In this document: positions 12,781 to 25,706 of the stretch, in pieces
Layout of the letters: each line of letters opens with the position of its first letter
How positions within the stretch are numbered: the stretch's first letter is position 1
Assembly: GCF_016433145.1 (NCBI RefSeq)
Contig: NC_058131.1
Location: 138,045,794-138,109,793 of the forward strand
Reading direction: 5' to 3'
Length of the DNA stretch: 64,000 bases
Origin: Gracilinanus agilis
Lineage: Eukaryota
The notes under the pieces: generated by a model
Told to the model about the DNA's origin: nothing
Databases searched by the model: none
Seen by the model: only the letters and a program-made list of their open reading frames with translations
Position numbers and translations under genes: made by a program

Positions 12781-14554
12781 CTGTAATCTGCTTAGACATT
12801 TCCCAGTTCATGAGCAACTACTTTATTAATGAAATTGAAAGGAGGGAGAAGGCAGAACTATGATTTCATTGTAGTAGTAAATTCCCAGTAAAGAAAATCC
12901 TTCTACCAATGTAGATCTGCAACTATTCTTCCAGTTAAAATCTTAGAGAGTAGCCTGAGGGAACAAGAGTTTTAAGTAATTTGCCCAGAATGATACCTCT
13001 AGTATGCTAGTGGCAGAACTTGAATGTAGATCTACATGATTCTAAGGTCAGGTCTCTATTTATACTACATTTTTTTTCTTTGAGATATCTTAAATATCAG
13101 TCTCTTCTTGCTTGAAAATTGTGTTTCTCCCCCCAACTGTATCTTTTATATCATCCAATATCATGTCTTTCCAATTTCATCTTCTTAATTTACTTGTTTC
13201 CTTGTTTAGTATAATGAATGGCAAGAGACATTCTAAATGTATGGTCCCACTGTCATCAATAATGAGAAAAAAATTGCTATAGAAACATTGACAAACCTTT
13301 TCCCATTCTTTATCTATCTCCTTCCAATTTAATCTATAGATGCTCTGTGTTTAGGTCCTTAACTAGCTATCCCAAATCAGGCAAGGGGTCAGTATTGGTT
13401 GGGGGTTGAGAGAAGGGTAAAGACTGAAGATGATAATCTGGATCTAATTCAGAGAGAAGATTTAGGATGATCTGATTAAATTGCATTTTACATTAAGCTT
13501 TTTGTATAATCATTACATCTATTTCTATTCAGGTTTGTTGCACTTATATATTGAATCTTTAACCACCCTCCTCCATATTTTTCCATATTTCCATTAAGAC
13601 CATTTTTAAAAGAGAAATTGAATTTTGATGGGGAAGACCAAGTAAAGCATTATAATAAAATCTTAAAGATTGAGGCTTATATAGAGGTCATATTGGAAGA
13701 AAGGAAAAGGCAGAAAAGAAGGAAGGTATTACCTAACTTTGTGAAATATTGTAAAAGATGTAGTGTTGAAATGTTGGAAATGACTTGAGACATGGTCAAC
13801 AGAGAAACTTAATGGATGATTTCATTATAAATCTGTTTCAGGGCAAGGAAAGGTACAAAGAGTAGGTAAAGATATGATACAATGCCAGGGTGCCAAAGGA
13901 TAATGAAAGAAGTTATTTAGCAACAGGAATGACAGCACAAGAAGTGAGCAAAAAGACCAAAATTATTTGAGAGAAGGAAAATTCTCCTTGGCCTCACTGC
14001 TAAACTCAACAACCTTCAAACACACCTTTGGCTGTTGTTTTCCAAACTGTATGGGAGAAAAACGAAATGGCTAGCTTTATGGAAAAAGTGACATTAGCAA
14101 TAATTTTTTTGGAGGAAAAAGTTAATTGGAGATGACTGGCCTTACTCAATACAAATGTGCTAAGGAAAGACATTTTTACCTTTGTATATTCTAAATCTTT
14201 CTGGGGTTCAGTCCATAGACATTTTGGGGTAATTTACATGACGTGGCCCACCTTCAACAGAGAAGAATATGCAATATGAAGGAAGACATGGAGGGAAGCA
14301 AGTTTAGTTTCAGAACTTGGGGAGGGGGAGATTGGAAGACAAGTAGCAAGCAAATGAAATCCATGTATACTAATTTATCCAGGAGTGGGACATGGGAACT
14401 TTTGATTGAGCAGGATAAGTGCACAGGTTCTCATAGTTACTCAAAGAGATTCATTATGTGGAGAGCAATGTTGTGGGACTCAGGAGAAAGAGCAGAAAGT
14501 ATTAAGTGGTCCAGCACTTTCTAGTGCTGAAAAGATCTAAAAGGGCTTGCAGTA

Positions 14555-15020
14555 TGTTTTAAATTTAATATCTATTTTCCCCCAATTACATGTAAAACCA
14601 ATTTTAACATTAAAAAAATTGAGTTCCAAATTCTTTCTCTCCCTCCCCTTACCCTGAGATGGCAAGCAATTTGATCTAAGTGGTACATGTATAGTCATGC
14701 AAAAAATATTTCCATATTACTTATGTTGTAAAAGAAAATGCAGACCAAAACAAACTAGAAAAAAAGGATTGTTTAAAAAGTATGATTCAATCTACATTCT
14801 AACTCCAACGGTTCTTCCTATGGAAGTAAGTAGCATTTTTCATCATTAGCCCTTTAGAATTGTCTTGATCATTATATTGTTGAGTCATTCACAGCTGATC
14901 ATTATACAATATTGCTATTACAATGTAAAATGTCCTCTTGGTTCTGCTCATTTCACTGAATCAGTTCATGTAAGTTTTTCCAAGTTTTTTTGAAAATATT
15001 GTGCTCATTATTTTTCATAG
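14555..15020 (-). mobile_element. Marsupial L1 3'UTR remnant
   Basis: cccccaattacatgtaaaaccaattttaacatt...ccattggttctgctc-like L1 3'UTR in reverse orientation. Confidence 0.7.
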
Positions 15021-15479
15021 CACATTAAGTTTACAACTTCACCAGTAGTGCATTAGGACAGTGACACCTTGACACAAGAGTTTAATTCATTCGGGGCCAA
15101 TCTTGTAACTCAATTTGCTCCTGTGTTAAATCTAATTTCCTCATTTAAATTAATGGAAATGCAATTAATCCATTTCAGCCCACCCCAAAAAAACACATGA
15201 ATTTTTTGTTTTATATGCTTTTAAATATGAAAATGTACTTTATAAATAACAAATAAATATATTTACAGATAATAAGAAAGAATGTAAAGAAATAAACTTG
15301 CTTATAAAATGTTATTTATCTTCAAGGTCAGGCAAAGATGCTGGCAGAAAGTTTTCATTTCATGCACTATCACTTAACATAACTTACTAAAATTGGCCTT
15401 ACACATTAAGATATGTAACTTTATTGCTAAACTTAATTGTTATTTTTAAAATTTACTCATCATCATTTTCTTCACTGAA

Positions 15480-15860
15480 TTTTGGCTGTTTTACCACTCT
15501 TTCCTCAATTTCACTTAGAACCATTTCCATAAAAACCTTTCCATGGAAGTTTGTTTCTTCCTGCCTTTCAAAATGTTTTGATAATGTGTGAAAAAAGTGT
15601 TGTTACACAGCTCCAATGAACGACCTGTTGCAACTTTTTCTGGGTGTGTCTTTTCAATAAACTGTTTAATTTTTTTCCCCAAATCCTCAACATTATCTTA
15701 ATCTTGCTTGTACTCATTACTTCATCAACCTCGGGCTCCTCCCCACTAATTTACTGCAAAACCTCCACATACTGCTGCTGTTGTAACTCCTTTCCTCTGT
15801 TATCACAACCCATGGTTAAAAGTTAAGAAATTTGTCAAAAAAACTGATAACAAAGACAAA
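15480..15860 (-). mobile_element. Second Tigger/pogo transposase C-terminal remnant
   Basis: Minus-strand translation QFIEKTHPEKVATGRSLELCNNTFFTHYQNILKGRKKQTSMERFL. Confidence 0.75.
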
Positions 15861-16129
15861 AATAAAGAAGAAAGCAAAAGCAATTCAATACAGATGCTTG
15901 CAAGTCTAAATAAACACTGACCTAAATGAGGCAGCCTCTTTTAACTTGTGAAACCAAAGGTTCAACAGGCTATCCAGTGGAGGGTGGGGAAAGCTTGTGA
16001 TTCAAATATCCACTCATGACTTAAAGAAAAATATCTCAATCATGACTACTCAAATCTCAAATTGCTTGTGACTTAAGGTGCTTGTGTATCAAGGTACCTT
16101 CTGTATCTCAATTTTCTCACATCTCTATT

Positions 16130-16945
16130 TGTCATTTTCCCTTTTTGTCATTTAAACCAATTCAATAGGAGTGGTATCTCACAGCTGTTTTAATTTACAT
16201 TTCTCTAATTAATAGTGATTTGGAACATTTTTTCACACAACTAAAGATAGCTTTGATTACTTCATCTTGTAACTGCCTGTTCATATCCTTTACCCATTTA
16301 TCATTTGGGAAATGGCTTGTCTTCCTATAAATTTGACTCCGTTATTTGTGTATTTGAGAAATGAGGTCTTTATCAAAGGAACTTGTTATGAAATAACTTT
16401 TTCAGTTATGATTACTGCGTATTTCCTTCCACCCTATTTTCTCTTCTGTTTATCTCCTATTTATCTCTCTCTCACCTTGTCCTCAAAACCACCCCAAAGT
16501 GTTTTGCTTCTGACTATTGCCACCTTCCAAGCTACTCTCCCTTCTATTAGCCTTTCCTTTCTCATGTCCTTTTCACCTCTTACTTTCCAATAGGGTAAGA
16601 TAGATTTCTATATCCAACTGAATGTGTATGTTATTTTTTAGAGTAAATTCTGATTATATTAAGGTTCAAGTGCTCATGCTCCTCCCTTCATTTTTCTCTC
16701 CACAGCAAAAAGGGTCTTTAATGGCTCTTTTAAGTAAGATAACTTTATTCTACTGCTCCTTTCCCACTTTTTCCTTGGCATTCTTCTTCACCTTTTAGTC
16801 CAATTTTTTATGTCATCCCATCATATTCAACTTATATCCATGCCTTCTGTCTTTGTATACTCCTAATTGCCCTAATGATGATAAATCCATAGAAGTTAAA
16901 GATATCACCTTCCCATATAGGAATACTATATTATGTCCCTTGTGA
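16130..16945 (-). mobile_element. Old L1 ORF2 3' fragment with flanking L1 sequence
   Basis: gtggtatctcacagctgttttaatttacatttctctaattaatagtgatttggaacatttttt is reverse L1 ORF2. Confidence 0.75.
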
Positions 16946-16963
16946 TTTCTCTTTCCTGTAAAA

Positions 16964-17645
16964 TGTAAGGGGGAAAGGGGGGGTTTTTTGGGTTCAATAT
17001 ATTAAAAGATGGTCACAAGAGGATTGAACAATTATCAATCCTCAATTAAGAATAATATCAAGTCAAAATTGACTTTTATGCAAGTTTATTTACAATTGAG
17101 AAGAGAGAGAAGAAATAAGGAAATAAGAATCTAACACAGTAGGTAAATTATTATGATCCTCTAATTAATCCAGGTAGATTTAATTAACCCTCAGCTGAGA
17201 GTCAGAGGGCCAGAGGCCCAGAGTATTACAGGGAAGTTCTCCTTAAGAGAAGTTCAGGAAGATTCAGTCTTTAAACTTACCACATGGACTTCTAAAGAAG
17301 ATATTGAAAGCAGTCTCACCAAGGTCTCAGCATTCCAGCCAGCACTCCTCCATGGACCAGAAGAACTCCTTCATCAGCCATCCTCTTCACCAGAAACCCC
17401 TCTCACTCACTCAACTGCCTCTTTTAAAGGGGTCACTTATGCGTCACTTCCTGTGCCTTCCCCTAGTTTGTGTGTCCAATCACAACAGACACTTCTCATA
17501 GGACCACTTAGGGGGCAGTCAGTTGATTCTGATTCATCATCCACTCAAGCACATGTGGGTTAAGACCTCCCAGAATTGGAAGGTGCTTTCACCTTTGGTG
17601 ATTAAATCTAAAGATGGACAGTGTAGACTTAATCTAATTATCACA
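16964..17645 (-). mobile_element. Solo ERV LTR (family A), opposite orientation to 6842-7569
   Basis: The reverse complement starts TGTGATAATTAGATTAAGTCTACAC and ends CCCCTTACA. tttatt (reverse AATAAA) near 17086. Confidence 0.8.
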
Positions 17646-17920
17646 TAACCTTTTTATGCTTTACTTGAAGCTTGTATTTGGAAGTCAGATCTTTTTATCA
17701 GGAAGGCTTGAAAGTCTTCTATTTATTAAGCACTATATTAAATGTTGAAGATAAAGTCAAAAAAATCAAAACAGTTTCTGATCTTAATGATCTCATATTT
17801 TAATATGAAAAGACCATGTACAAAAAGTTTTAGCTACCAGTCAAATGGAAAAATTCAGTCCTAGGGGTACAGCGGCAGAAAGAATCATATTTTTTAGTTT
17901 AACATACACATTGAAAATAC

Positions 17921-18119
17921 CATATCCATTTCTGATCTTGAGACATTTGTTTATATCAATAACTTTGATGATGAGAGGTTTGTTATTTTAGATCTGCAAA
18001 TATGAAGTTAAAAATAGTTCAAAAGAATTTGGTGCTGCAAAAGGCTGCAAGGAGATAGGGTCTGTATCACTTGTCGAAGCAGATGCCAGACAAACATCCC
18101 TATATAATGGGTGTAGGCC
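17921..18119 (-). pseudogene. Degenerate exon
   Basis: tttcctagtctag|GGC...GGATATG|gtattt. 199 nt, GLHPLYRDVCLASASTSDTDPISLQPFAAPNSFELFLTSYLQI*NNKPLIIKVIDINKCLKIRNGY, one TAA. Confidence 0.5.
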
Positions 18120-19999
18120 CTAGACTAGGAAATGGTATCATGAAGAATAAAAGTTAGGGAGCAGAGAAACAAAAGCCAACAAAATGGTATAAAAAGAAGT
18201 AGTAAAATAGCAAATACAGACAGATTAAAAATGGCTAAACATGAAGATGTTTATTTATTTATTTAAGCATTTGTCTCCTTTCCTTTACTCATCAAGATGT
18301 TTAAAAAAATTAAAGTCTGCATGAAATAGAGCTTACTCAAAGCAGAGATATCTTGAAGACTAACATATGTTGGTTAACACCAGTTCTCTGTCCAAGATCA
18401 GTGTGACAGAAAGGAAGAAATACCTCAGAATAAATCAAACACCTTGGCATTTTGGACTTTCAAAACCCCTTAGCCAAGATTTTGAAGGGAAAGAAGAGTG
18501 GGAAAATAATACTTCCAAAGGTCCATAGACTTGGAAAGAAAGTTTTTTTGGGAGCATCAAAAATGGGAGACAAAAATTTAGAAGAGCTATTTAAAAAGTA
18601 GAATATCATCTAAAAAAAGAGGAAAAACACTGAAGAAAGCACATTGGCTTAGGAAAAAGAATACCTGGGACAAAATACTGCCTCTGTTACTTACAACCTA
18701 TGTGACAGTACAAATCAGTTACCCTCTCTGGGTTTCAGTTTTCTTGCTTATCAAATGAGTGATTTGGATAATAAGACCTTTGAATGTCCTTTATAGTTCT
18801 AAATCTATCATCTGGTGAAGAAATAAAGAGAAAATGATAAAAAAATGTGATGTACTTTGAAATATCTTTACAAATGGAAAGTGAAGATTTAAGGATAATT
18901 GTCTTTTAATTTTTGAGGAGTCCAACATTCAGACTAGGATTGGATTCATCCTGCATGGTTCTAAAGAGCAGAACAGGTTGTGGGACTAGTAGGTGGATGC
19001 TACAAAGATATAAAAGTAGTCTTTATATAAGGAGATGTTAACGATTAAATGAGCCAGTTGAAAATGGAGTAGTCTGCCTCAGGAGGTTGGTTACCGTCAC
19101 TGGTTGTCTTCTCACTGGTTGTCTTCTAGCAATGGCTAGATGACTAATTGTCATTTTTGTTTTAGGAGGGATTCCTTTTCAGCAGAGGTTGAAAACCAGC
19201 TGGCCTCTGAGGTCCTTTCCAACAAAGCTTATGTGATTCTTATTAGCTATATTTGGCAATGGAGTCCAAAGAATGTAATTTTGTAAAATTTGCATAACAA
19301 CTTCAACAATAGAAAAAAGTAGTTATCAAATGCAATAATTAATTTATGTGCAAAGATGTTAAAAAGTGTAAAATGGGCTTTAGGAATACAAGATATTACT
19401 CTTTGTCATTTGAACAGTTTTCTAGACAATAAAATACTGTGTGAAGAAGAAAGGAAGACTTTGTTGCTTTCAGTATATAGTTAGACTTTTCAAGCTAATG
19501 CCTGGAGAGGATTCAAATGTTCCATAATATAGATGGCTATAACACAATCAGTCTACCCAATGTGGCGCATATTATTTCCTATTGCCATTGGCTACATGAA
19601 ACACCTTAGGTGTATGGATTTGATCACTGAACGTTATTGGACAGACATTGTGGCAGGTCTTGGTAGGCAGTGGCAGATCCAGGTGAAGAACAAAGACTAT
19701 TCTCATGCTTGTGTTTTGTGGAAGGATTTGGAGGTTGAACAGAGATCTCACATACTTCTTTCTTTGTCTTCCTTTCCAACACTCTACTTTTTACTAACTG
19801 AAGTGAATGTAAAGCATCAATAACCCTGGGAGCTGATTAGATAAGTGTTTGACAAAAATTATTACAAACACTTGTTTTCTCCCCTGGAATTTTTTACTTG
19901 AATCAGGTTTGATGAAAATAAATCCAATAGAGAAAGAGGTGATAAAAAGACAATTCTACTAATAATGTCCTAGAAATATCTACATTTTAATTTGAACAT

Positions 20000-20670
20000 T
20001 GTGGAAAATAAATATTGAATTGGAATATTTTGGGGGGAATAATTTTCTCTTTAGCCCTCCCCTGAAAGTTTGTTTTTAAAACTTAAACAGGTTTCTCCAG
20101 TCTATGAAACTGAATTTTGTATTCCCTTCTTTTGTCTAGATCTTTTATACACAGGAGGAGATTTGCTCCTTATTTGTCTATAAATAAGAACTTGATTAGG
20201 TGATGCAGTCAGCTAGACCACCCTCATGTTGTTGACAATTTATGCTCTGTGCAACTATTCTGGCAGCCAAATGGCAGGAAGGAAGAGGGCCTTTTGGCCT
20301 CCTAATGATCCACCTTTTCTTGTGGTTGAAACCTGAATTTATTTCCTACGTGACTGTTCTCCAATTAGAAATGTCCTAGGAGAGACTGAGTGATAATGGT
20401 TAATAGGGATATGTGTTGGCTTGCAGGATAAGAAGTCAGCTTTTGGACTAACCCAGCTCTCCTGTTTAGTTGCCTAGCGGCTCATGATTAAGCCTCTAAC
20501 ACTCTCTAGGCTATGTTCATATTATTCCTTTTAGGCTCTGATCAAGTTTTTGGCTTTTGTTTGGACCTTGGAAAGAGTCCACTGGCTATTTCGAAATCTT
20601 GAGTGGCAGATTTAATAAATTAATATTTTAAAACTAAAAATACAGCCTCTAGAGTATTTCATTCATTACA
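20000..20670 (+). mobile_element. Solo ERV LTR with 4-bp TSD
   Basis: TGTGG...TTACA termini, ACAT at 19996-19999 and 20671-20674, AATAAA near 20615. Confidence 0.8.
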
Positions 20671-20971
20671 ACATCATATAAATAGATGGAACAAATCCTC
20701 TTCTAAAATAGAATTTATATTCTATCAGATGTGGCAACTGACAATTACTTTTGCTTAAGCATTTTTCTTTGTCATACGGGAGAGTTCAATGTGGGGCTGG
20801 AGGAGAGATCAGATGAGGGCAAAGGCATATTGCAGAGATGATTGTGAAGTAAAATAACAAAGGGCATAAATTAAATGAATTTGAGAGTTTTCTGTTTTGT
20901 GCTTCTTTAACTGTATTAAGTGAAGTTGATCAGTTATAAATGTCCTTTAAATCTAGAGGCACATACATTTT

Positions 20972-21139
20972 TTTCAATTTTTTAAATGTTTATTTTGAAG
21001 ATTTTCCCATAGTTACATGTTTCATGTTCTTTCCCTCTCCCCCAAACTCCCTAATCCCCTTATCCACTGGGTTTTACATGTATCGTTGATCAAGACCTAA
21101 TTCCATATTATTGATAGTTGGACTAGAGTTATCAGTTAG
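20972..21139 (-). mobile_element. Severely 5'-truncated L1 3' end
   Basis: Opossum L1 3'UTR plus poly-T. 16-bp TSD gaggcacatacatttt at 20956-20971 and 21140-21155. Confidence 0.9.
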
Positions 21140-21267
21140 GAGGCACATACATTTTGATGATTTTCAGCTTGGGGTTAAGCTGTGTACAATCTTTTTTCTC
21201 CCCTTAGATTTAAGCTTGTTAGGCCTGCTGGTATCACTAAGCTAATCAGGAATGTGTAAAATCTCAC

Positions 21268-21356
21268 TGCTGGAGGGCAGCATTGTCTCAAGATCTCAGC
21301 TGAGTGAGTTGTCAAAATCAGCCACTTCAACAAGTTTCCCTTCTCTGTTTGTTCCA
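21268..21356 (-). pseudogene. Exon of the - strand gene
   Basis: tgtctttgttcag|TGGAAC...CCAGCA|gtgaga. 89 nt, open as VEQTEKGNLLKWLILTTHSAEILRQCCPPA, or GTNREGKLVEVADFDNSLS*DLETMLPSS in another frame. Confidence 0.5.
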
Positions 21357-21448
21357 CTGAACAAAGACATGTATGCATAAGTGTGTATATGTGTGACCCC
21401 ACTCGCCTTTGACTAATTATTCCAGCATTTCTCTCCATGATTTCTGAC

Positions 21449-21549
21449 CTGAGAGGCAAATGCTGAACAAGATCTCCCTTTCAACTCTTTTATATCCATC
21501 GAAAAGGCTTTGTTTAATGACCGAAGTCCTCGCCCAGACCTCATGTCCT
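21449..21549 (-). pseudogene. Exon of the - strand gene
   Basis: ttttgtcttatactataag|AGGAC...CTCTCAG|gtcaga. 101 nt, open as RGHEVWARTSVIKQSLFDGYKRVEREILFSICLS. A 92-nt intron separates it from the next exon. Confidence 0.5.
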
Positions 21550-21989
21550 CTTATAGTATAAGACAAAACCAAAAACATTTCTTTTCTATGGGATATATCA
21601 GAGCTAAGTTTTAAACAATCTCCTTGCAAATAGCCCTGAAATTGCTTGGGAACTAGGCTGATTAAAAGCCAGATATTTGATGTGAAGCAGCAACTAGGAA
21701 AGCCACTTGGCTATTTGACTCAGTTTCTCCACACATTCGGAGGTAACAATACAGGACTTATTTGCTAGTTTATGACATTGTAAAAATTTGTGATCAACGG
21801 GTAACATAACTTCTTTCTGAAAAGGAGAAAAGAGAAGATTGAGGTGAAGCTAATGAGGTTATGCACTATAACATACTACAGTAAAATCCTAGTTATCCAT
21901 TAATGGAAGGGATAGTAGATAATACAAAAACCACTGAATTTGATTTGTGAATATACTTAATGACTGTGATTTATTTTTTGGTTTTTACC

Positions 21990-22395
21990 ATGCATCTTCC
22001 TTAGGAAGGACATATTGGATCTAAGCAATATATGAGCAGAAATACGCCCAGCCTCCATATTACAGAACTTTGCCTTCACATTCTCCAGTCTTGTGTATAT
22101 ACCTAGCACGTACTCTGCCCCCCCTCTATCAAAGCTACTTCATACATTGTTCGTTCAAGTTTAGCTCATGACTCCGTACTGAGGCTCTAGGTTATTCATG
22201 GACTGGATTTAGTCTTGGGGGCTCCTTAATAATCATGGTCCTTGACTCATGGCTCCACTCAGGTCTTTCTTGGGAATAACAAAATTTGGCTCATTTTATC
22301 TCTCCCTAGGTTTGTTGTAAGAATCTGTAAGACAGTTTTTCCCCTCAGTCTCTGTCTAGTGAACACTTTGGTCTGTGCCAAGGGGGTCTACAACA
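21990..22395 (+). mobile_element. Possible LTR 3' remnant
   Basis: Ends ...agggggtctacaaca with LTR-like U5 composition. The 5' end is unclear. Confidence 0.3.
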
Positions 22396-22659
22396 AAGGA
22401 AAGAAGTGCAATTAGCTACTTCCACGAAAGAACTCAGATTATTGAATTATCAAATATAGGACAGGCTTGATTTAATCTGATCAACAACAAAATGCAAAGG
22501 ACCTGTTCTTGAGCCCCCAAAAAGCCAAGGCAACAATCTATCCCCTTAGGAAGGAGCAGCTACAAAGTTTCCAGGGTCATATTTGAACCCAATTCCTCCT
22601 GTCTTGAGGTCTGGTGCTCTACTGACTGTGTTACCCAGCTGCCCCTCTTCTTAGGTCAC

Positions 22660-23175
22660 TTAGGTCTATATCTTTTTACTGTCCTTTGTTTTGAAAGAGG
22701 ACCAATGACATCTTGGAGTGATATCTTGACTTTTGTGTGTTGGATTTAAGTGAGGAGGAGTTTCACAAAGTCATTGGCCTTACTCTGTCTTCCAGAATCA
22801 GCAAGTTCAGTGACAGGACAAAATTCAAGACAACTAGTAGTGGCCTGGGATGCAGCAGATGATTGTAGCATCTTCAATGTCTGACAAAGTTCTTAGTATT
22901 CCACAGCACCAACAAATTGTTCGCATCTGCTCATACAGCTGGAGAAAGTCTTCATGTGCTTGGGGGAGACATCTATCCTGACTCACTGATGGATTTGAGG
23001 CTTGTAGTTACTTTCAACCTCGTTTAGCCCATTTGCCGATATGGTTGTACTGGATTGTGGCCGCTGCACATGGAAGTCACAGATGAGAGTTGGATGAGGG
23101 GTGGACACAAAAGGTGAATGAGCAGTCCTGAAAAGGGCTTAGCAAGCCCTCATAGCAGGGGCACTAGTCCTCTCA
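22660..23175 (-). mobile_element. Marsupial RTE-related SINE (WALLSI/Mar-type)
   Basis: ctttgttttgaaagaggaccaatgacatc...ggatttaagtgaggaggagtttcacaaagtc. Same family as 38225-38690 and 56620-57062. Confidence 0.7.
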
Positions 23176-23885
23176 ATCCTTTTGGTGATCTATATATTTC
23201 TCTAAATAAAGTACTATCTTCAAGGAGACCTCTAGTAATGAGAAACTACTTAGGATTTCTAGAGAATCAAGTAGTTCACTCCTAAGGTGATTATTCTAAG
23301 GACCTGCACAGTCTTCCAGGTTAATTGTACTATCCTTCCCCCAAACAAAGGGGTTAGTGTTAGGAAAATGTGTTATCAGAATTAATATTTTGTTATAAAG
23401 AATTGTGTGCAGAAAAGTATACTTTCAGTCATCTCTAGTGAAAGATTAGAGGTTTTTGTGAGAAGATAACCGCTTTTTTCCCATTGGATCAATATAGTCT
23501 ATCAGCATTTGTGTTGTTGACTTTTGTGCTAACTGTATATCAAGGGATTTCACATTTTGACAAGGAAATAAAATGATTAGGAGGAAATTTGCATCATAAT
23601 ACTATAACACCAGGGAGAGAGAGAACAAATTAAAATTTTATCCTTCTATGTTTCAAGTCCCTGTAAAAGAATTAGTTCTTGTTCCAGGGCTAGCCTTATG
23701 ATCTTGGACACACCATTTTGTTTCTCTCTGCTTCACTATCTTCATATATATCTGTATGCAAATGCATATCTATATCATCTACCTCAGTGGGTTATGGTAA
23801 GCATCATATGAGATTTTTGTGGAATCGGTTAATGTATATAGCCCATTGGAACCTGTTAAAATGCTATCTGTGATTATATAGGTTT

Positions 23886-24035
23886 TATATATATATATAT
23901 ATATATATATAGGTTATATGTATGTTATATATAAATAGATTATATTATATAGATTATGTGCATGTTATATATATATATAAATAGATTATATAGGTTATAT
24001 AGATATAGATATAGATTATATAGGTTATATATATA
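23886..24035. repeat. (TA)n-rich microsatellite
   Basis: tatatatatatatatatata...taggttatata units. Confidence 0.9.
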
Positions 24036-24039
24036 TCAC

Positions 24040-24430
24040 TTATTAGGTGCCAGGCACTTTTCAAAGCTTTACAAATATTATCTCATTTGATCTTCACAAT
24101 CCTGGGTGTTGGGTAGATGCTATTATTAATCCCATGTCATAGATGAGAAAATGAAAACAAAGAGAATTTAAAGGACTTGCCCAAGATCACACATTAAATT
24201 ATCATTCTATTAAATTATCTATGGCCAGATTTAATTCAGATCTTTCTTATTCCAGGTTTAGTACCTATCCATTACACCAGCTACTTTTGTAGAATGTTAA
24301 GTTTTACAAGGTGCTTTGGAAAATCAAGCAGGCAAAGGCTAAATGGCTTCTCCAGGGTCACGGAGCTAGTAAGTATCTGAGGCTGGGTTTGAACTTAGTT
24401 CCTTCTGACTGTAGGTCCAGTGATCTATCC
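24040..24430 (-). mobile_element. Two MIR remnants
   Basis: aatcccatgtcatagatgagaaaatgaa...gacttgcccaagatcacac, and a second core ccagggtcacggagctagtaag. Confidence 0.7.
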
Positions 24431-24729
24431 ATTTAGCCACCCTGCCTATAGTCTAATTCACAAAATATGAAAATCAATGAAGGGTAAGTCAGTTTGGTTC
24501 ACTATTTCCTGTTCTGACTGATGGTACCCTACTTTTTTCTTTAAAAAAATATTTCTGCCTTTTGTTTTTTACATGACAGCCATTTTCTAAGATTAATCTC
24601 CAAATCCCTACCCTATAGTACAAACCCTCCTTTGTAACAAAGAAAAAAAAAGTTAGTAAGCAAAACCATTACATCAAATATGTCTAACAGCATAGGTAAC
24701 ATCTCATACTCTTAATCCTTAGGTACCAA

Positions 24730-24960
24730 AGTGGCTAAATGAATAAAGCCTTGGACTTGGAGTTAGAAAGACCTGAATTCAAATTCAGCCTCAGCACTTG
24801 CCAGTTTTGTGACTGAGCAAGACACTTGACCATCGTGGGCCTCAGTTTCCTCATCTCTGAATGAAGACAACAGTACCTATCATCCAATGTTGTGAGGATC
24901 AATGAGATATTTGTAAAATATTTCACAAAACTCTAAAGTATTCTATTAATGCTAATTATT
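24730..24960 (+). mobile_element. MIR SINE
   Basis: ggacttggagttagaaagacctgaattcaaattcagcctc...ggcctcagtttcctcatct. Confidence 0.8.
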
Positions 24961-25491
24961 ATTAATAATTCACAACCTCTTTATTTTTATATTTACTAGA
25001 TATAAATAATTTTTATTAGTTTTTTAGTTCCATTTATTTATTTATTTATTTATTTGTTTGTTTATTTATTTATTTTTAGGTTATTTTCAGTTGCTTATTC
25101 TCTTCTCCTTTCCTCCTACTTCTTTTCCATACAAGATTTCATATCCTCCATCCTTCAACATACATTCCTCCTTGCCTGCCCTAATTACTCCCCTATCCTA
25201 GATCTTCTTTAACCTACTCCTCTTCTATATTCCCTTATATCTACACCCTTATAAGACTTTTTGCCTGCCAATCTTTATGACATATATCTAAACAAAGCAA
25301 TGTTGGTAAATGGTTAATCACCAACTCTCTGGGGTGGGTGGGTGGGAAGCAAATACAAAACACTTTTAAGTTTATTTTAATCTTTATTATTAATATTTTC
25401 TGCATCAATTTCATGACTAGGAAATCAACAAAGTGATAAGTCAGGTCCTGATTTTTATTATTAAACAAATTCCTAGCTATAAATGTTCACA

Positions 25492-25550
25492 TTGTAAAAT
25501 TAAACACTCCCCATTCTCCAACAGCTAGTTCAAACTGCTCTGGCACGACC
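25492..25550 (-). pseudogene. Candidate exon (donor uncertain)
   Basis: Strong acceptor cagcttcttttatatacag|G, then VVPEQFELAVGEWGVFNFT. Confidence 0.4.
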
Positions 25551-25706
25551 CTGTATATAAAAGAAGCTGACTGAACTAGATTGCCACAACTGGAGGAGAC
25601 TAGAGATCATCTGGTCCGACAGTCCAATTTAAGGGAAAATGAAGGGACTTGACTGAGAATACAAGGATTATGGTGGCAGAGTCAGAACTAGAAGTTAGGA
25701 ATTTTT

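Noticed and set aside
14370-14410. LIYPGVGHG resembling an alpha/beta-hydrolase catalytic His motif
   Set aside because: It is a short isolated motif between stops, with no nucleophile motif found.
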